A stretch of DNA of 64,000 nucleotides from assembly GCA_046563655.1 (NCBI GenBank), contig CM102290.1, positions 10,230,001 to 10,294,000 of the forward strand, read 5' to 3'. Below, piece by piece: positions 12,601 through 26,500 of the stretch (position 1 is the stretch's first letter; the number at the start of each line of letters is the position of its first letter). Origin of the DNA: Yuukianura sp. NJ FZ-2021. Lineage: Eukaryota. A program made the position numbers and the translations under genes. Below the pieces are notes generated by a model, which searched no databases, had not been told where the DNA came from, and saw only the letters and a list, made by a program, of their open reading frames with translations.

Positions 12601-15600
12601 TGTCTTTTTCAGTTTCTTTTTCCTCTGAACTTGGAACTGGACTGGCGTGCCGTAGATGTGCCACGGTTTGACAGATTGGGGGCGGGGTTTTTTCGGAGCC
12701 CTGATTCTCTTAATAAGGTTTTCCAGACGAACGGTGAAAGCTTGTGCCTGGGACAGTGCTCATCTCTTTCACGGATTTATGGAGACTTCGGCCTTTCTCT
12801 CCAGACCACAACAAGGTAGGCGAACCGAAAACGCTTTTCCATTTTCATCAAACTGAATGCAGAAGCCTAACTTAACCTAGCCTGAACTCAAGTGACAAAG
12901 GGAGACACACAGTCACCCGAACAAAACCAACACTCAAGTCCCCCGAACTTGTTGCGTTTAGTATGCAGAAAGAAGCCTCAATTTAGCTACCCATGCGACA
13001 GCCTCATCTCACTTTCCACTAAATTTCTCATTACTTCTGCTGGCGTTGAGATAACTTCGTTTCAGTATTAAGCTCGCGTGTTCAGTATTAAGCTATGTCG
13101 CAAGAAACAAGACTTTTCAGTGCTATGTTCCTAGGGCGGACTTTCTGCATAAGGCTGAACCGTTTTCTTCAACCAGGAACCCGCATTGAAAAAACATGGA
13201 CAGCACCTCTAAGCTCCATTTCTGCAAAACATTCCTTCCTTCCAATGAGAAGGAATGTGATGTGAGTGGAAACAAAGAGAAAGCAGGGGCTCAGGATTCG
13301 CATAAAGTAAAACGGTGTGGTTGCGGTGAAAAGTCAAGGCAACGGGCCCTGCGACCTCAAAGCTCAATTCAACGCTACCGCACAAGTTTGCATCTAACGG
13401 CTCAGATTTCACCAGGGAAAGCCTCCAACTGACACAACTTCCATCCATCTACAAAAAAAAAAGTTTTTAAATAAACATTTGATTTCAAAGTAAAATTAAA
13501 AGCAACATTTTCAATATGAGGAATAAATTAAAAAACTCACCCAGAAGTTTCCCAATTCAACAATTTGGACCAGAGACTTGGACGATTAACATTTCCTCTC
13601 ATTTCCCCCCAAATAGTTTGAAAGTACACAGTAAGTCGAAAGTTGCAAAAAATGTGAGAGATGGACCAGCGTCATTTAGAGACTTCGTGCGCATCGCCTT
13701 CTGAAGTTTTGATCCTCCGGTGTGGATTTTTCCCGGGCTCTCCCAGTACTACACAGTACAGTTCCAGTGCAGAACTTCGAACTGTTCAGGAGTTGGTGGG
13801 TTGCGCCAGGATGAGCCGTAACTGTGCTGCTGGGCTTTAGTGTTTTCAAGAGTACCCAAAGTGACGGAAGAGCATGGAAGTGATCCCATGAAAGTGGGCA
13901 CATTAATCATCACATCCACAGTCACCGTCCACGTCTGCACCATCTTCTACTTCATACACTCTTTTGTTCAAACAAGCTTCAAACGTTTCTCACCAACCAC
14001 TTCCCCGTCCGCAGCTTCAAGCATCTGAAAGGTAGTACAGAATTATCCATTTTAATATAATCTTTCCATTTCCCATTTGAACAAGTACATTCAATTACCA
14101 TAAAAGAAAGCGCAAAGGCATCACTATTGCTCGAAACTTCAAACATCCCTGTTAGATTCTGTTCCACGGAGTATTCTAAAACAAACAAAATCAAAACTCA
14201 AAAACTAGTCAGGTTAGCTCTCGAAAAAAAAGTCACCAAAGGAAGCGTTTAAAAAAAGAACAAACAAGAAGTATTCAACGCTGCTCTAGTTGAATGTCAC
14301 TGCGTATGAGGAGAACTGCTGCTGGCTTTGTGTTGTTGCAGGAGAAAGACAACTTTCACTTGTTTTTACATAAAACAAAAGAGATCCATTGTGTGTTTAG
14401 GGACTCAAACAGGATTCACACCTCTTTGAGAACAACACTAAGCCACCTTAATAATCCAAATGGGGGCTTAACCTATCGTCTCTCCTTCCGAAACGACACG
14501 CCAAATTTAGCCCTAATTTTAACAATAAAGCGATTTGTATACCACTTGTTTTCAACGCTGCATACGTTCAAAAAAATTTTAGAAACGGGCCAGCTCGTTT
14601 TTCCAAACTTTTTGAAAAACGGAAGTTAATTTTCAAGCTGTTCCGAAAAAATAGCTATTAAAAAACAGCGTCGTTGGAACTAGACAAACATGCTAGAAGA
14701 CGTTGAAATAGGCATAACGGGTTTAAGTATCGGTTGGATTTTGGCCAAACCGGTATCGGGTGCACAGACACTGTAAATCTTATTTGAAATTTTTTTTTTC
14801 GAACGGGGTTGGAACTAAGTTGTCTCCAAGTCAAGCAAAACTTTTTCATTCTTTTGCATCCAAAAGTTGTGAAACACGCTGGAAAAATTCAACTTATTAA
14901 AACAAAAATACTGGCATCATTCAAATGTGACTCGGAGTTGAGAATTTTTTGTTTAAAACTGGAACACGGGGCCGCCTGTTTTTGGCGCCTTGAACATGTT
15001 CATCAAGTCGGTGAAGGAGGGAGGGGCCATTAAAAGTAATAGAAAACCATTAGGATTCAAATTCTGCCGCCCTTCCGCCTCTGGTATTCCTGGACAAAGA
15101 CAAAGGAATTTTCCGTCTTTACTCTTAATTAACTCTGACGAAAGAATTTAATAACTCCATTCACCTCCTCCACTAAAATGACTTTTCCTTTACTTTCTTT
15201 CTCTAACCAGAGAGAAAAGACGGAAACACAGTTTTCATGAAATAACTCAAACATGAAAGTTTAATAAGGGCTTTCGAAACACCGTCCAAAAACACTCCAC
15301 ACGACTAGTGTTTTGGGTATTCATGTTTTCATTACGAAAACACATTGGATTTTAATACAAATTGAATTTTGGATTTCCCCTCCTTCTCTGACTCGCCCAT
15401 TAATAAAAACTCATTTTGAGTTTTAACGCATTTGTTTTAAACTTTACCAAGTTTTAGTACAAATCGTAAACTTTCTCTAGTTCAAGTGGTAAATTCTCTG
15501 TACAAAGTAATTCTTCACACCTGACGCTGTTCACTTAACTTACGTTACTCTTCAGTTAGGTTATGTTATTTTCATTTCCCCTGTTCTTTGCTTTGTGGAG

Positions 15601-17037
15601 ACAAGAACTGATTAACTAGGAGAGGATTCAGACTTTCTCCAGGAGACACCACTATCTGCCGGAGAAATGTTTACTAATTATTCAGCTCACTTTCTCCGTC
15701 TCCAGCACCATTTTGAAAGAGTAATTAGCAAGTCTAAACCACTCAATTTCACCGCTTTTGCCTTCAGACAAGCCTCCACTCAAATTACTACACACATTAT
15801 TGATCTCACCCAAAACATTGTAATCCTCCTCAGTCCACCAATCAACTTTCACGCCAAGGCCAAAGTATCAATTTTCTTTGATGCTTTGATTTAAAATCAT
15901 CAGTCAATTCATTCAAAATTTTACAAGAAAAACGGGCAACTTTTTCGCAGAAGTTATGGTCAATATTTCGTCATTCTCAAAATTTCCTAAAGAAAAAAGC
16001 ACTTTGGAGATAGATGGAGCATAATTTTTTCATCTTTTCCATTTTGACTTTGTGTTTATGTAAAGTTAGCTTTAGATTTTGATGAGAGTTGTGACTTGAG
16101 GGTATGGCAGGATTTGAGAATTGATTTGAGTTGAGCGGGATTACTAATGGTTTTGGTGAAATTAAAAAACCAATCATGGAGATCTGTTGATCCGAAGGCT
16201 GGAGGAGTCTGGTGGGAGGGATTAATCTCAGTCAATCACTTCCACAACGACTCATAACGACTTATGCTCGCATGATGGATGATAACCAAGGGAATTCGCA
16301 ACTACTTTCCCCCCTTTTTGTCATATGACGCAAGCATCTCACAGAGTATTATGGTTCAAGTTACCACCAATTCCCACCTTCTCAAACAACTTGTGGGTTT
16401 TGGGAATTCCAAGCTTTCACCAAAATCCACCACTTTTCCCGAATTATTTCAAGGCCAAACGAGCCACACGGAAATTAGCAAAACTACGCGCCGGTAGCAA
16501 CAGACTGAAAAACAAGCCGCTTCTCTCGGCGCGTCTGTTTTAGAATTTGCATCCACAAACATGTTCCTCTTTCAAATAATTTTGGAAATAAAACATTCAT
16601 CAACTAAAAATTGCGTCTGAAATAGGAGCCGAAGGATAAAGAGAGATTGGAAAGGATTTTGGCTCTGATTATAATCTGTCCAAGAGCACTCTCTTTCTTC
16701 CAATTTCCCTTCAATTGACCTCCGCACTATCAAAATTCCCAGCAGCATGAGTTCTTGTTCCCACTTTACAATTTTAGGCGGATGAAAGCAAGTTTCGAAA
16801 CTAACCGTGTTATCTCAGCTTCTTCAATGACACAGGCAGAGCGAAGGAACTTGAAGCAAAAGCTAGAGACGCCGAGACCCAGAGACCTTAATTGAATATG
16901 GTTTCAAATTACATTTCAGATTTGAGTTGTGGAGGTCTACAGCACAACGGCCTCATAAATTTGTTACTTCGACCAGCATCCTCAATCTCATTGTTCGGTG
17001 GAACGTGGGGCCACTACCGAAGTGGGTCGCCGTAACC

Positions 17038-17170
17038 ATGAGTATTCGCAGAGTTCGTGGCTCTTTTCGTGGGTCTATGAAGAGATTCGGCAGCAGCGAA
17101 TCTTCCAAGAAGAATCCAGTGAGACCCTGCAAATGGATTTTCAAAAACAATCAGTGGCTGCTGCTCTACG
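17038..17170 (+). other. Candidate alternative first coding exon of the SLC4A11-like gene
   Basis: AACCATG at 17038 opens 44 codons plus 1 nt and ends at a G|GTACG donor in phase 1. This matches the phase-1 acceptor of the SLC4 exon at ~25109. There is also an upstream TTTCAG acceptor at ~16919. Confidence 0.35.
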
Positions 17171-20100
17171 GTACGTTCAAATAGAAAAAAAATGTTTTTG
17201 AATTTCTAAAATATCAATCCCCGCCATTTCTGAAAAATAAAAATGGGTTTATGTCCATCCGCATCTGCTTTTATAAAAACAAAATTGTTGCGTCCTGTTC
17301 CCTTTATCGTATAAAAAAATAGTTACGACTTTTTCTAAAAAAAAAAGGCTTTAAAAATGTTTACATCTGTTTCCTGTTGTTCCTGTTCTTTTTAAAAGCA
17401 ACTTGTTTCACTTTGAACGTTCGCAATTTTAACATAAACCACTAACACCAAAATAGTTCAGTTTTCATTTTACAAACTCCTTTCTCCTCCAGTATGCAGC
17501 ATAAGTTGCAAAATATTTTTGCTTATGTTTTTGCAAACTCGTTAAGCCCATGGAATAAAATTCATAAAAGTATGTTCCCTTCCTTTGTCAAATCAAAGTC
17601 CCCACTTGCGAACGTCGAAGCGTGTTAATTCCTTTCGTCAAAGGTTTGATACAAAAACAAACAAAAGAAATCGAATTACACCATCCTCTCCCAAATTTCT
17701 AGTGAACAGAAGGTACCATCATATAGGGAACTTTTCCCCACTGTGGAAACAATTTTGCTTAAGAAAAGGTTCCAACGCACTCACAACGCTTGGCAGTCGT
17801 TTCTTTCTCATGTAGTAGAACAGAAACTGGGAGTACCAACTGCGAGAGAAAGTTCAACTTTTACTTTTTCCAAGTAACTTTGTCAAGGTTGTGGCATTAG
17901 TGGTTAGCGTCTGTCTGCTGTTTACCAAACGGACAAGGACTTTCACTCAAACCTTTTTACTTTCATTTTCACTTTCCTCAACGATCAATCAAGGTCGCAG
18001 GTCACATTCATCTTAAAAGCATCAACGCCACATTCTTCACAAGTTGCAAATTGCCACGACACCGCTGAAATGTTTTTCGTTGTTAGGTTCACCTAACCTT
18101 AAGTCTCCTCAGCTATGACAAACACGACACAAGTTAACGTTCCAAAAATCGAAGAGACGCTCTCTCTTCTGCTTTGCTTTGCCAGTACCGAAAATGCTTC
18201 AGCGGAAGACGAAAGGGAAAGTAATCCAAATTAAAAATTAATTACGAACAACAGATTCCCAGCGGGAGATTGGATCGTTTTCTAAAAAGAAGGAAAGCAT
18301 GTCATTGACAACCGCCAACTTTTTTTTAGAATTCACTTTTCACCCTCTCGTCTTCTTCCCAGGGGTGGTGAATGTTTGAAATTTAAAGTACTATGAGAAC
18401 TTTCTCCATGCAAAATTAAGTTAAAGACCCTCATCTCCTAGAAATTGCACAAATCACATTAGGGAACCCTACAAACCCTTCATCACTTTCTTCTTCAAAA
18501 TCCCTCCATGTCGCTTTTCACAAAAAAACCGAAAAGCTTCTAAATATTCAAAAGAAAAAAGTTTAGAGTCTTTCACAATTTTTTCTAACCCGAAGTTCAA
18601 ACAACCTCCTCGCCGAAACAGAAAATTACTTCGGAAAAAGCGAAAATTAATTAGGCAAAACTCGCAATTTTTTTTCCAAATCACCATTACTGTTTTTCTT
18701 GTTTATATTAAGTAGGTTGAGAGGCTTTTAAGAAAATGCTGTCGTTGCCATACCTACCAACCATACAATTGAGGAGCGGATCGAATCCACTCATCGACTG
18801 TATTTTGAAACCAAAGAAATTTTAAGCTTAGGTATTCTTTTTGTAAAAACTGCAATTTCTCCAGATTTCCACTTGAATTCGATCGAACCAGCAGACATTC
18901 CTTTGCTGCAGCCAAGCAACCAAACTTAAACACCTTAGTTACCAAAAAATCTGCTTGTTTTTCTGTTTGTCTAAAGTTTAAATCCTACAAGTGTTTTTAT
19001 AATACAAAAATTCGAGAGGCTTAACATCGTAGCTCTTTTGTAAGTGGAAATTTCGAAGAAAACATAATCTAACTACCATAAAACGGAATGACATGTTGGC
19101 CGTGGGAGTTGGAACTGAATCCTCCCAAATGTCAAAACACATTTCTCCTTTTCGCTTCTTCCAAAACGAAGTTTCTTTTACAACCTCTGAAAGGTTTCTG
19201 TTGATTTTCCAAAAAGTTACGGAAGAGTACTGAGAAGCAACAAATATCTTTGCGTAAGCAAAGAGAGAAGAAACAGAGTCTTTGTCCTTTGTATCACTTC
19301 TTGTTTCATTGAACAGGGAAAGCCTTTCAATTGGATTTGTATGGAACTGAGTGCATTGAGTAACGGAAGTTTGTGTGTTGGGAGAGAAAGGGTATAGGCT
19401 CGCTCACAGTTAAGTCGGCTTCTAATTTCCTCACCTTTCAACATAATTTCCTGAAATCTTTCCTCAACGTTCCTGCGATTCTGTGTTAACCTTTTCTTCT
19501 TGGAAAGAGCTTTTCTCTGTCACTTGCTTTGTTCCGCCCGCAGTCACAAAAGAGCCTCTTGCCTCATGTACAAAGCTAACCCAACAAAGCTACTTGAGGC
19601 TTAAGCTGCCGGAGAAAGCACACTTTCCCCGCAGTACAATCCAGCGCCCTCTGCCAGGCCAAGAATCCAACCAGCTACTCCAAATAGTGTTGTCATCGCT
19701 ACCGCTAGAGCCACTCCACGTCAATCCTTATTCAACCAACTACTCTACATTTCTTGACCTAACAACCAAAGTTTCCATGCTTAACAAATCCCATAAAATC
19801 CGCAAAGTTTTGACAAACAACGTTGCAAAAAATAAAAACTGAACTATAGTTTTGGATTGATAGATTCCAATTGTGCACAAACGTAAATTGTTAAATGAGA
19901 TACAGTGACACTCCTCTTTCGGACGATATACTACATCGCTGTTTTTCAAACACAAATGTCGAAGGTCAACGCTATCGGTCAAGGTGAAGGGTCATATAGG
20001 GCTGGATTCAAGCTAATTGAACTACCCCGACACTCATTTCATTAGCAAAAGGTCTCCTTACCCTGCTAAACTCTTTAGTTTTCGGTATTTTGAAAATCAA

Positions 20101-23100
20101 ATGAATCCGAAAACGCAATCGCATTTTAAAAAAGAAGAATTTCCTAAAGTTCATTAACCTTATTATAATCTTTCCTGACGTCAACCTAACAGGTTTCTAC
20201 ACTGGACGCTTGAAAAATTAATGCCCATAACTGCACAGTAAACAAAATCAACACCCATCAACAATATTAGGAAAGTTATAAAAACTTCCAAATTGTTATT
20301 CGCATAAAAGTGGACAACAACAAAATCTAAATTTTATTATTTTCAAAAATATAGTGGATGCCAATAAAAAATAAATTCCAATTTTGAAAATCTGGAGAGA
20401 AATCGATGAATAATAAGAAAATGAAAATAACGAATTCTAGATTTTCACGATACCTTCGTTATAATTCGTCGCGAATCCCCGCCATTTCTGGATATACGAA
20501 AAAATTCTAACCCACGTAGCCTCAGATCAAAGCCATTGACTAACTTAACCAGCCTAACTGAAAAGAAAGAGGGGGTCACTAGGACACCATTTGAAGAGGA
20601 AGACTTGAAAGTGTTTCGACCATATTCAAGTCCTGATTTCCTTATTTACCTCTGCGTACAAAGGCCTCATTCAAATTAAATTGATATTATTGTTCTTATT
20701 GTCTCAGCTTTCACTCTGCTTGTCCTTTCAAAGTTTCCACAGAAAGCTTAAATCCTTACAAATCCCCGTTGTTCCCCACGGTACACCACTTCCAAACAAC
20801 AGTCTTTAGCCTCAAACAAATCAAGTACACACAAGCATAGTGCTCCTCACTTGTACGAGTACACTTGTACACTAATGCCAATTCCAATTTAAACCTCATT
20901 AAACCTAAACTAAGCAAACATTGCTCATCTCCCAATTCATCCTCCTCACTGTACATAAACACGCTTCCACTTTCACTTTACAAAAACAAATTCAAGTTTC
21001 CTTTCGAATTTCCTGTAGCCCACCTTCGTTCAATCAGTTTCCAATTTCCTCCTGGATTTACATTTAAAAAAAATTGTGTTTAGAGAGCGTCTTTTTCTTC
21101 ATCGCCCTTTTACTGCCCGCGAAGAAAAACATCTTCTCTGCGTCATTGTTCACCACTTTCTTTCTGTCTGTTTTCGAATTTTTTTTTCGTTCTCCACTAC
21201 TTTCACTGAAAAAGAGAGCAGAATGCGGTACAAATATCCCAAGTGAAATGAGTGTGAAATATTTATGTTAGTGACTATGATCTGTTTGGTGATTTCAGAT
21301 GACGGAGAGGAATTCAGTTTGAGTTACACAAAGAGAGAGGTAAGGTCTTTCATGTAACAAACTACTAAGGATTAATGAGGACGTAGAGATGGGCAATTAA
21401 TTCCCCCTGTCACTTTGCCCATCTCTGGTTGTGAAGTGCTATTAGTAAGAAATACCCTGTAGATGGCCCAACTAAAGACCCACCACTGCTCAAAAGTGTC
21501 ATTTTCCCAAACATATTATTGATCTTCTCTCCTTCCTATCTTCCTTTCTCTCGAGGTCCACCACACCACAGACCAAAGTGGATTTCACCTGCCCAAATCA
21601 CATCTCCAGCAACATGGAAAACACTCCACAAAAAATGGAAATCAAAAGCTCCCTTAAACCAAAAAAAGGCGGGAGAGAACCGATTTCGGGGAGTTTGTTT
21701 TACCCGAAAAAAACCCTGCTGTGCTCCGCTTTACATCCAATTCAAACCATCAAATCTCTATTCTCATAACCTTCCCTTGCCCGTCTCAGGCAGGTTACCC
21801 CATAACTCTGATCTCACACTGTCAAAAAGCTCAACAGCAAAGCGGTATACTACAGTAAATTTTGCTCCTTTGTTAATAAACTTAGAGTTTTGCAACCAAC
21901 GTTTTGATCATAATGTGCTAGTATTTTTACTTTTGACCATTTTGATGTTGACTGATGGTCGTGCCAGTGTGAAGAGGCACTTCCTCGGTGAGAGTTTGGT
22001 GGGAAAATGGGGGCGGGGGAGGAGCAAAGGCGGGTAAAAGACGAGGAGTGAAGAATGCGCTGTGTCTAATCCGATTTCTCCAAATCCCTCACCTCTCCCC
22101 ACGAAGTCAAATCAGAAGATGCTTTCAGGAAGAAAAAGAGAGAAGTCCAACAACTGAACCTGACTTTCGCCAGGAAATTAAATGAAGACGACAACTTCCA
22201 CCATGTCAAATTACTCAGTCAGTCCAACTCAACAACTCAAACAACTTAATTTAAAAATGAAAATTAAAAACATTCCTTATCCCATCTCCCATTGGGAGTT
22301 CCCGATTGGTTCAAATAGATTTTTGTTCTAGACGAATTGCTTCAAATGATAATCTCCATCATACGAGAAAAGGATTATGGTTTTGAATGAACTCGCTCGA
22401 ATATATTGATTCTAAACAATACGTTCATTTTTGTTGGCTCCACTGTACTGACCTGCTAAAGTAAATTACTTTTTTTGTATTTAAATTTCATCAGTTCCTG
22501 TGCATCCTCAAAACAGATGCAGTGTGCCATTACAGCTGACTGACTTTTGAATGTTTAGTTCACTTTTTCAATCCAATTTTTGGTACGATTTATGAAAAAC
22601 GAGTTGAACCAATCATCTATGAACAAATTTATTTGAAGCAACGCATGTATCTCCATCAATCTTTTTGAACTTTCCTTCCATACAGAACCTTTCACTTTTC
22701 CAAAAATCCTACAGTACAATTTAAATGGGATTCGTTTTTTCCGTGTGACTTCATCCAAGAACACAAAATCCTTTCAAACTTTAACCTGACCCAACGTAAT
22801 CCAAAACCCAAGTAAAACAGACATTTTGTTTACAAATTCACCCACGACATGTTGCATTAAAAACCCCATCAAAAGATACTTTTTGATTTAGAAAATAGTG
22901 AAATAACTTGTTAATGCTTTAATTCCAATAACTTTCACTCGAGAACTTCTGTTCCCCAGAATGTTTTTGTTACTAAAGAATCCCTTACTTTCCTTGGACC
23001 TCATTCTCTACTGCCACTACTCGACTGTCCTACTGTCTGTATTATGTGGAACACATCTGAGTGAGCCAAAAGACACCGGAGATTTCGGGTCTTGGGAGTA

Positions 23101-23554
23101 CAGCATACGAACCAAATTGACACAGAAGAGAAGAAAGCGATTGCATGAGAAGAAAGTTATATAGAGAAAGTTGCCGCCGAAAAGGCACGGGGCACCCTGT
23201 ATTTGGAGTCCGTTGGAGAGTGATCGATAGGGAAGACAATCCGGAGAGAGCATTTGGCTGAGGGTGCTCAGGGCGGAGATGCTGGATGCTGGATGCTGTG
23301 CCCACTACCCCACTTACACACTGCCAAGCCATTCCCCCTTTCATTCAGACTCACAGACACCAAGAGTTTCAGTTCCAAATCCTCCGACCTTCCAGGAGGA
23401 CCCGCTACTCTGGCTCTCTCTCAAAGACAAGCCTTAGCCCCACGTGTACCCACCCACCAACACCCCAACATGACCCACCACCCCCTCTGAGCCACCAAGC
23501 ACCCACAAACAAGTACAAAACATCCGCCGTCGAGCACAGAGAAAGCACGAGGTC

Positions 23555-26500
23555 ATGCAGCAGCAACCGCCAGAGCACAACGACTCACAACATTCTGCAC
23601 CAGTGTCTGTTCCCATGACGACACTGCTCAAGTTGACCCACCATGAAGGTGAGGTAGGTCCAGACAACCAGCGGAAGATCCCACTGCGAAACTTGGTTCA
23701 GCCGGTGGGGCCAAGTGGGACAGTGGCAGAAGACGACTCCAAGTCAGAAGAAACCACCATGACGTGCAGACCCACCAGGAACTTGTCACCGAGTCGTGGC
23801 GGGAGATTTACAACCGCGGCGGAGCCGTTAGTCGAAGAAGACGTTGGCGGAAGTGACGAGAATTTAACAAATCGCGGGAATTCTGGCCGCAGCGGGTCCG
23901 CTGGAAACATTGTCACTGGATTTCCCAAGTTCAAACGCTCTTCTCTCCACTATGCTCACGGAAAGAAGTTGACCCGCCGTTCGTCGTTTCTCGTTGACAC
24001 GGCGTGTGCCCATCCGCACATGAATGTGCTGCCTAAACCATTGGAACCGATTCCTCAGCCCGTCGTTGTACCGAAACGCCGCTGTTCCCTCACTCTACCC
24101 TATCCTAACTTGTACGGTTCGTGGCAAGCCGCTGCCGCCGCCTGTTCCGTCCCTGTTGTCAAAAGTTCCAGTAACGAATTGTCACCCGGAACAACTGGAA
24201 GTGGGGCTCTCCCACCACGTCTTCCACCCCCACTCCTAAAACGTCGTTCTCTAGCCCAGTTTGATATGAGTCGCATGCACTCAACTTCTCCCGCCCGTCC
24301 ATTCGTTCCGGACTTCCGTCGCCAAGCGACACGAATTCCAGGAAGTCTTGGAGCGAGTACTCCCACGGTCCTTACGATTTCCCCCGAGGCAGATGAGGAG
24401 GCCGCAGAGAATGAGACACAGACCCAGGCCCCCGAGGAGGAGCCAATCCTGCCCCAACCCCCTCCGGAGGAACCCCCTGCCCCACAGCCTGAAGAAGGCT
24501 ACTTGATCTCTTGTCACTTGCAGAAAATCCCTATGAAGGACTTTGGTTCTGAGGTACGAGCAACGCTGGACGTGGCCCATTTCCTCAACCAAGCAGTACT
24601 TCTCCTAGACGTCTGTGAAAATTCCCTCGAGAGACTCGTCGATGTGATGATTGCCAAACTCTTTCGCGTTGCTGAAATGTCGGAAGTCAGCGATGAGGAA
24701 ATCAAATCCGCAATTTTTGCAAACGACTCAGGTGAACAACAATTTTCTCTTGAAAAGCAACTCTAGACTAAGTTCAAAGAAAAGCCAAATTCTGTTTGAA
24801 CGAATTCGTTCAAATAGAATTTGGTCGATGGAAAACTTGCTCTATAAGAGGTAACGTTTGTAACGAAATCACACTAAAAATTCGTTCGGAAGATTCAAAG
24901 GATTGTAAACGCGACAAGGTTTTAACCAAATACGTTCAAATTATCCATTTCTTCTATTCCTTTTTCTTTCATAAGAAAAATTTGGAAAAAATTAATTTGT
25001 TTGAACCAATACAATAGCGCCAATCCATTGGAACCATAGAATCGCTCCTGATTTTGACTTTAAAATAATTTATATTTTGAAATTAAAATTTGTGTCTTAA
25101 TTTTCCAGTTAACCTGCTTACTCGGACAATTCAGGGTGTCAATTCGAGTGAAGAGTACGACGAGTCGTGGTTGTGCTGCACGTAAGAAATAAGTTTGTTC
25201 TATTTTTGCTTTGGATTAGCATAAGTCAAGGAAAGTCGGTGAAAGGTAGGGGGAAAGGAGTTATTGAAGTGAAAGGAAACTCGATCCCTGTCTTCTCCTG
25301 GGGATACACCATTAGCAAACCCTATAAATTTATGATAAAATATTCCCTCTCCCAATCACCACAAAGAACAGAGTTCACCAGTCACTTCACTTTCACTACC
25401 CACTAACTATTCCACCTTCCAAACAATTCTCTAATTCCAACTTTCAAACGAACAACTCAAATTACGCAACTCTACCATCTTTTTCTTATTTCAATTTCTA
25501 AAAAATCAAAAAAATGTTTAAATTATTACAAAATAGTTCAGTTTAACCACCCAGTCAGGGGTGGTTGGCTAAAGTTGGATGATGGCTATGGAGGTGGAAG
25601 TAATGAGAGATGGGGTAGAAATGGTAAGATGAGAGAGGTAAGGTAACCCGTTTGTGGAGAGAAAGCAAGGTGTGTTCATAGTAAAAATCTCATAAAATTG
25701 AGCGGCATAAACCCTACTTCACCTGTTGTTCCCGCCAAATCAAAACATAACCTCAAGCCATCCCTCACTCTGCACACAATTCAACTCTAGCTAAACCTAG
25801 CCGCAAAACAAAACCAGCAAAAATATTTTCAGAAACGAAGCCAACCAAAAATCCAAGCAATCCAAGCAGGCTTTAAACACCAAAGTCCCAAGTAAACCCG
25901 AAATCCATCCCGCAAAACTCCATGCAAGTCAAAAATCTTTCCAGCGAAACTCCACGCAAATCAAAAATAAAGCCAGCAAAAATCCACACAATTGAAAAAT
26001 CTATTCGACAAAATTCCATTCAAATCAAAAATCAAGCCAGCAAAAATCTACACAAAAGAAAAACCTATTCAGCAAAAACCCAGGCGAATGAAAAATCTAT
26101 CCACGCTAATCAAAAAATTTAAGCTACAAACAAAATTAAAGCAGATAAAAAAAATTCAAGCAGTGGAAAATCTAAAACAAAAGAAAAACTCAAGCAGTCA
26201 AATGACAGACTTTTTCAATGTTTTTGAACTGGTTAGCTTAGATCTTTGGAAAAAAAAAGTGTTCAACTTTTCGTCGTTGCCCTTTTTGTAAGGAAACCAA
26301 ACGGAGCTAGGAATTTGTGCAAATAGGTCTGTGATTTTCCTCCGAAGCACAGATTTAGCCTAACCTGATATCTTAGCAACGCCAGAGCTTTTCCCTAAAC
26401 AGTTTTCGGTTGGATTAGGTTTTGAATTAGGTTAACCTAGTTCGCAAATTAAACTCGTTTTGTTGCGTAGGTGTAATTTGCCGACACTGCAGCGTCGGCA

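Noticed and set aside
25800..26200. A-rich degenerate CCAGCAAAAAT-type repeats and Lys-rich ORFs in an SLC4 intron
   Set aside because: Low-complexity intronic sequence with no defined period, ends or coding signal.
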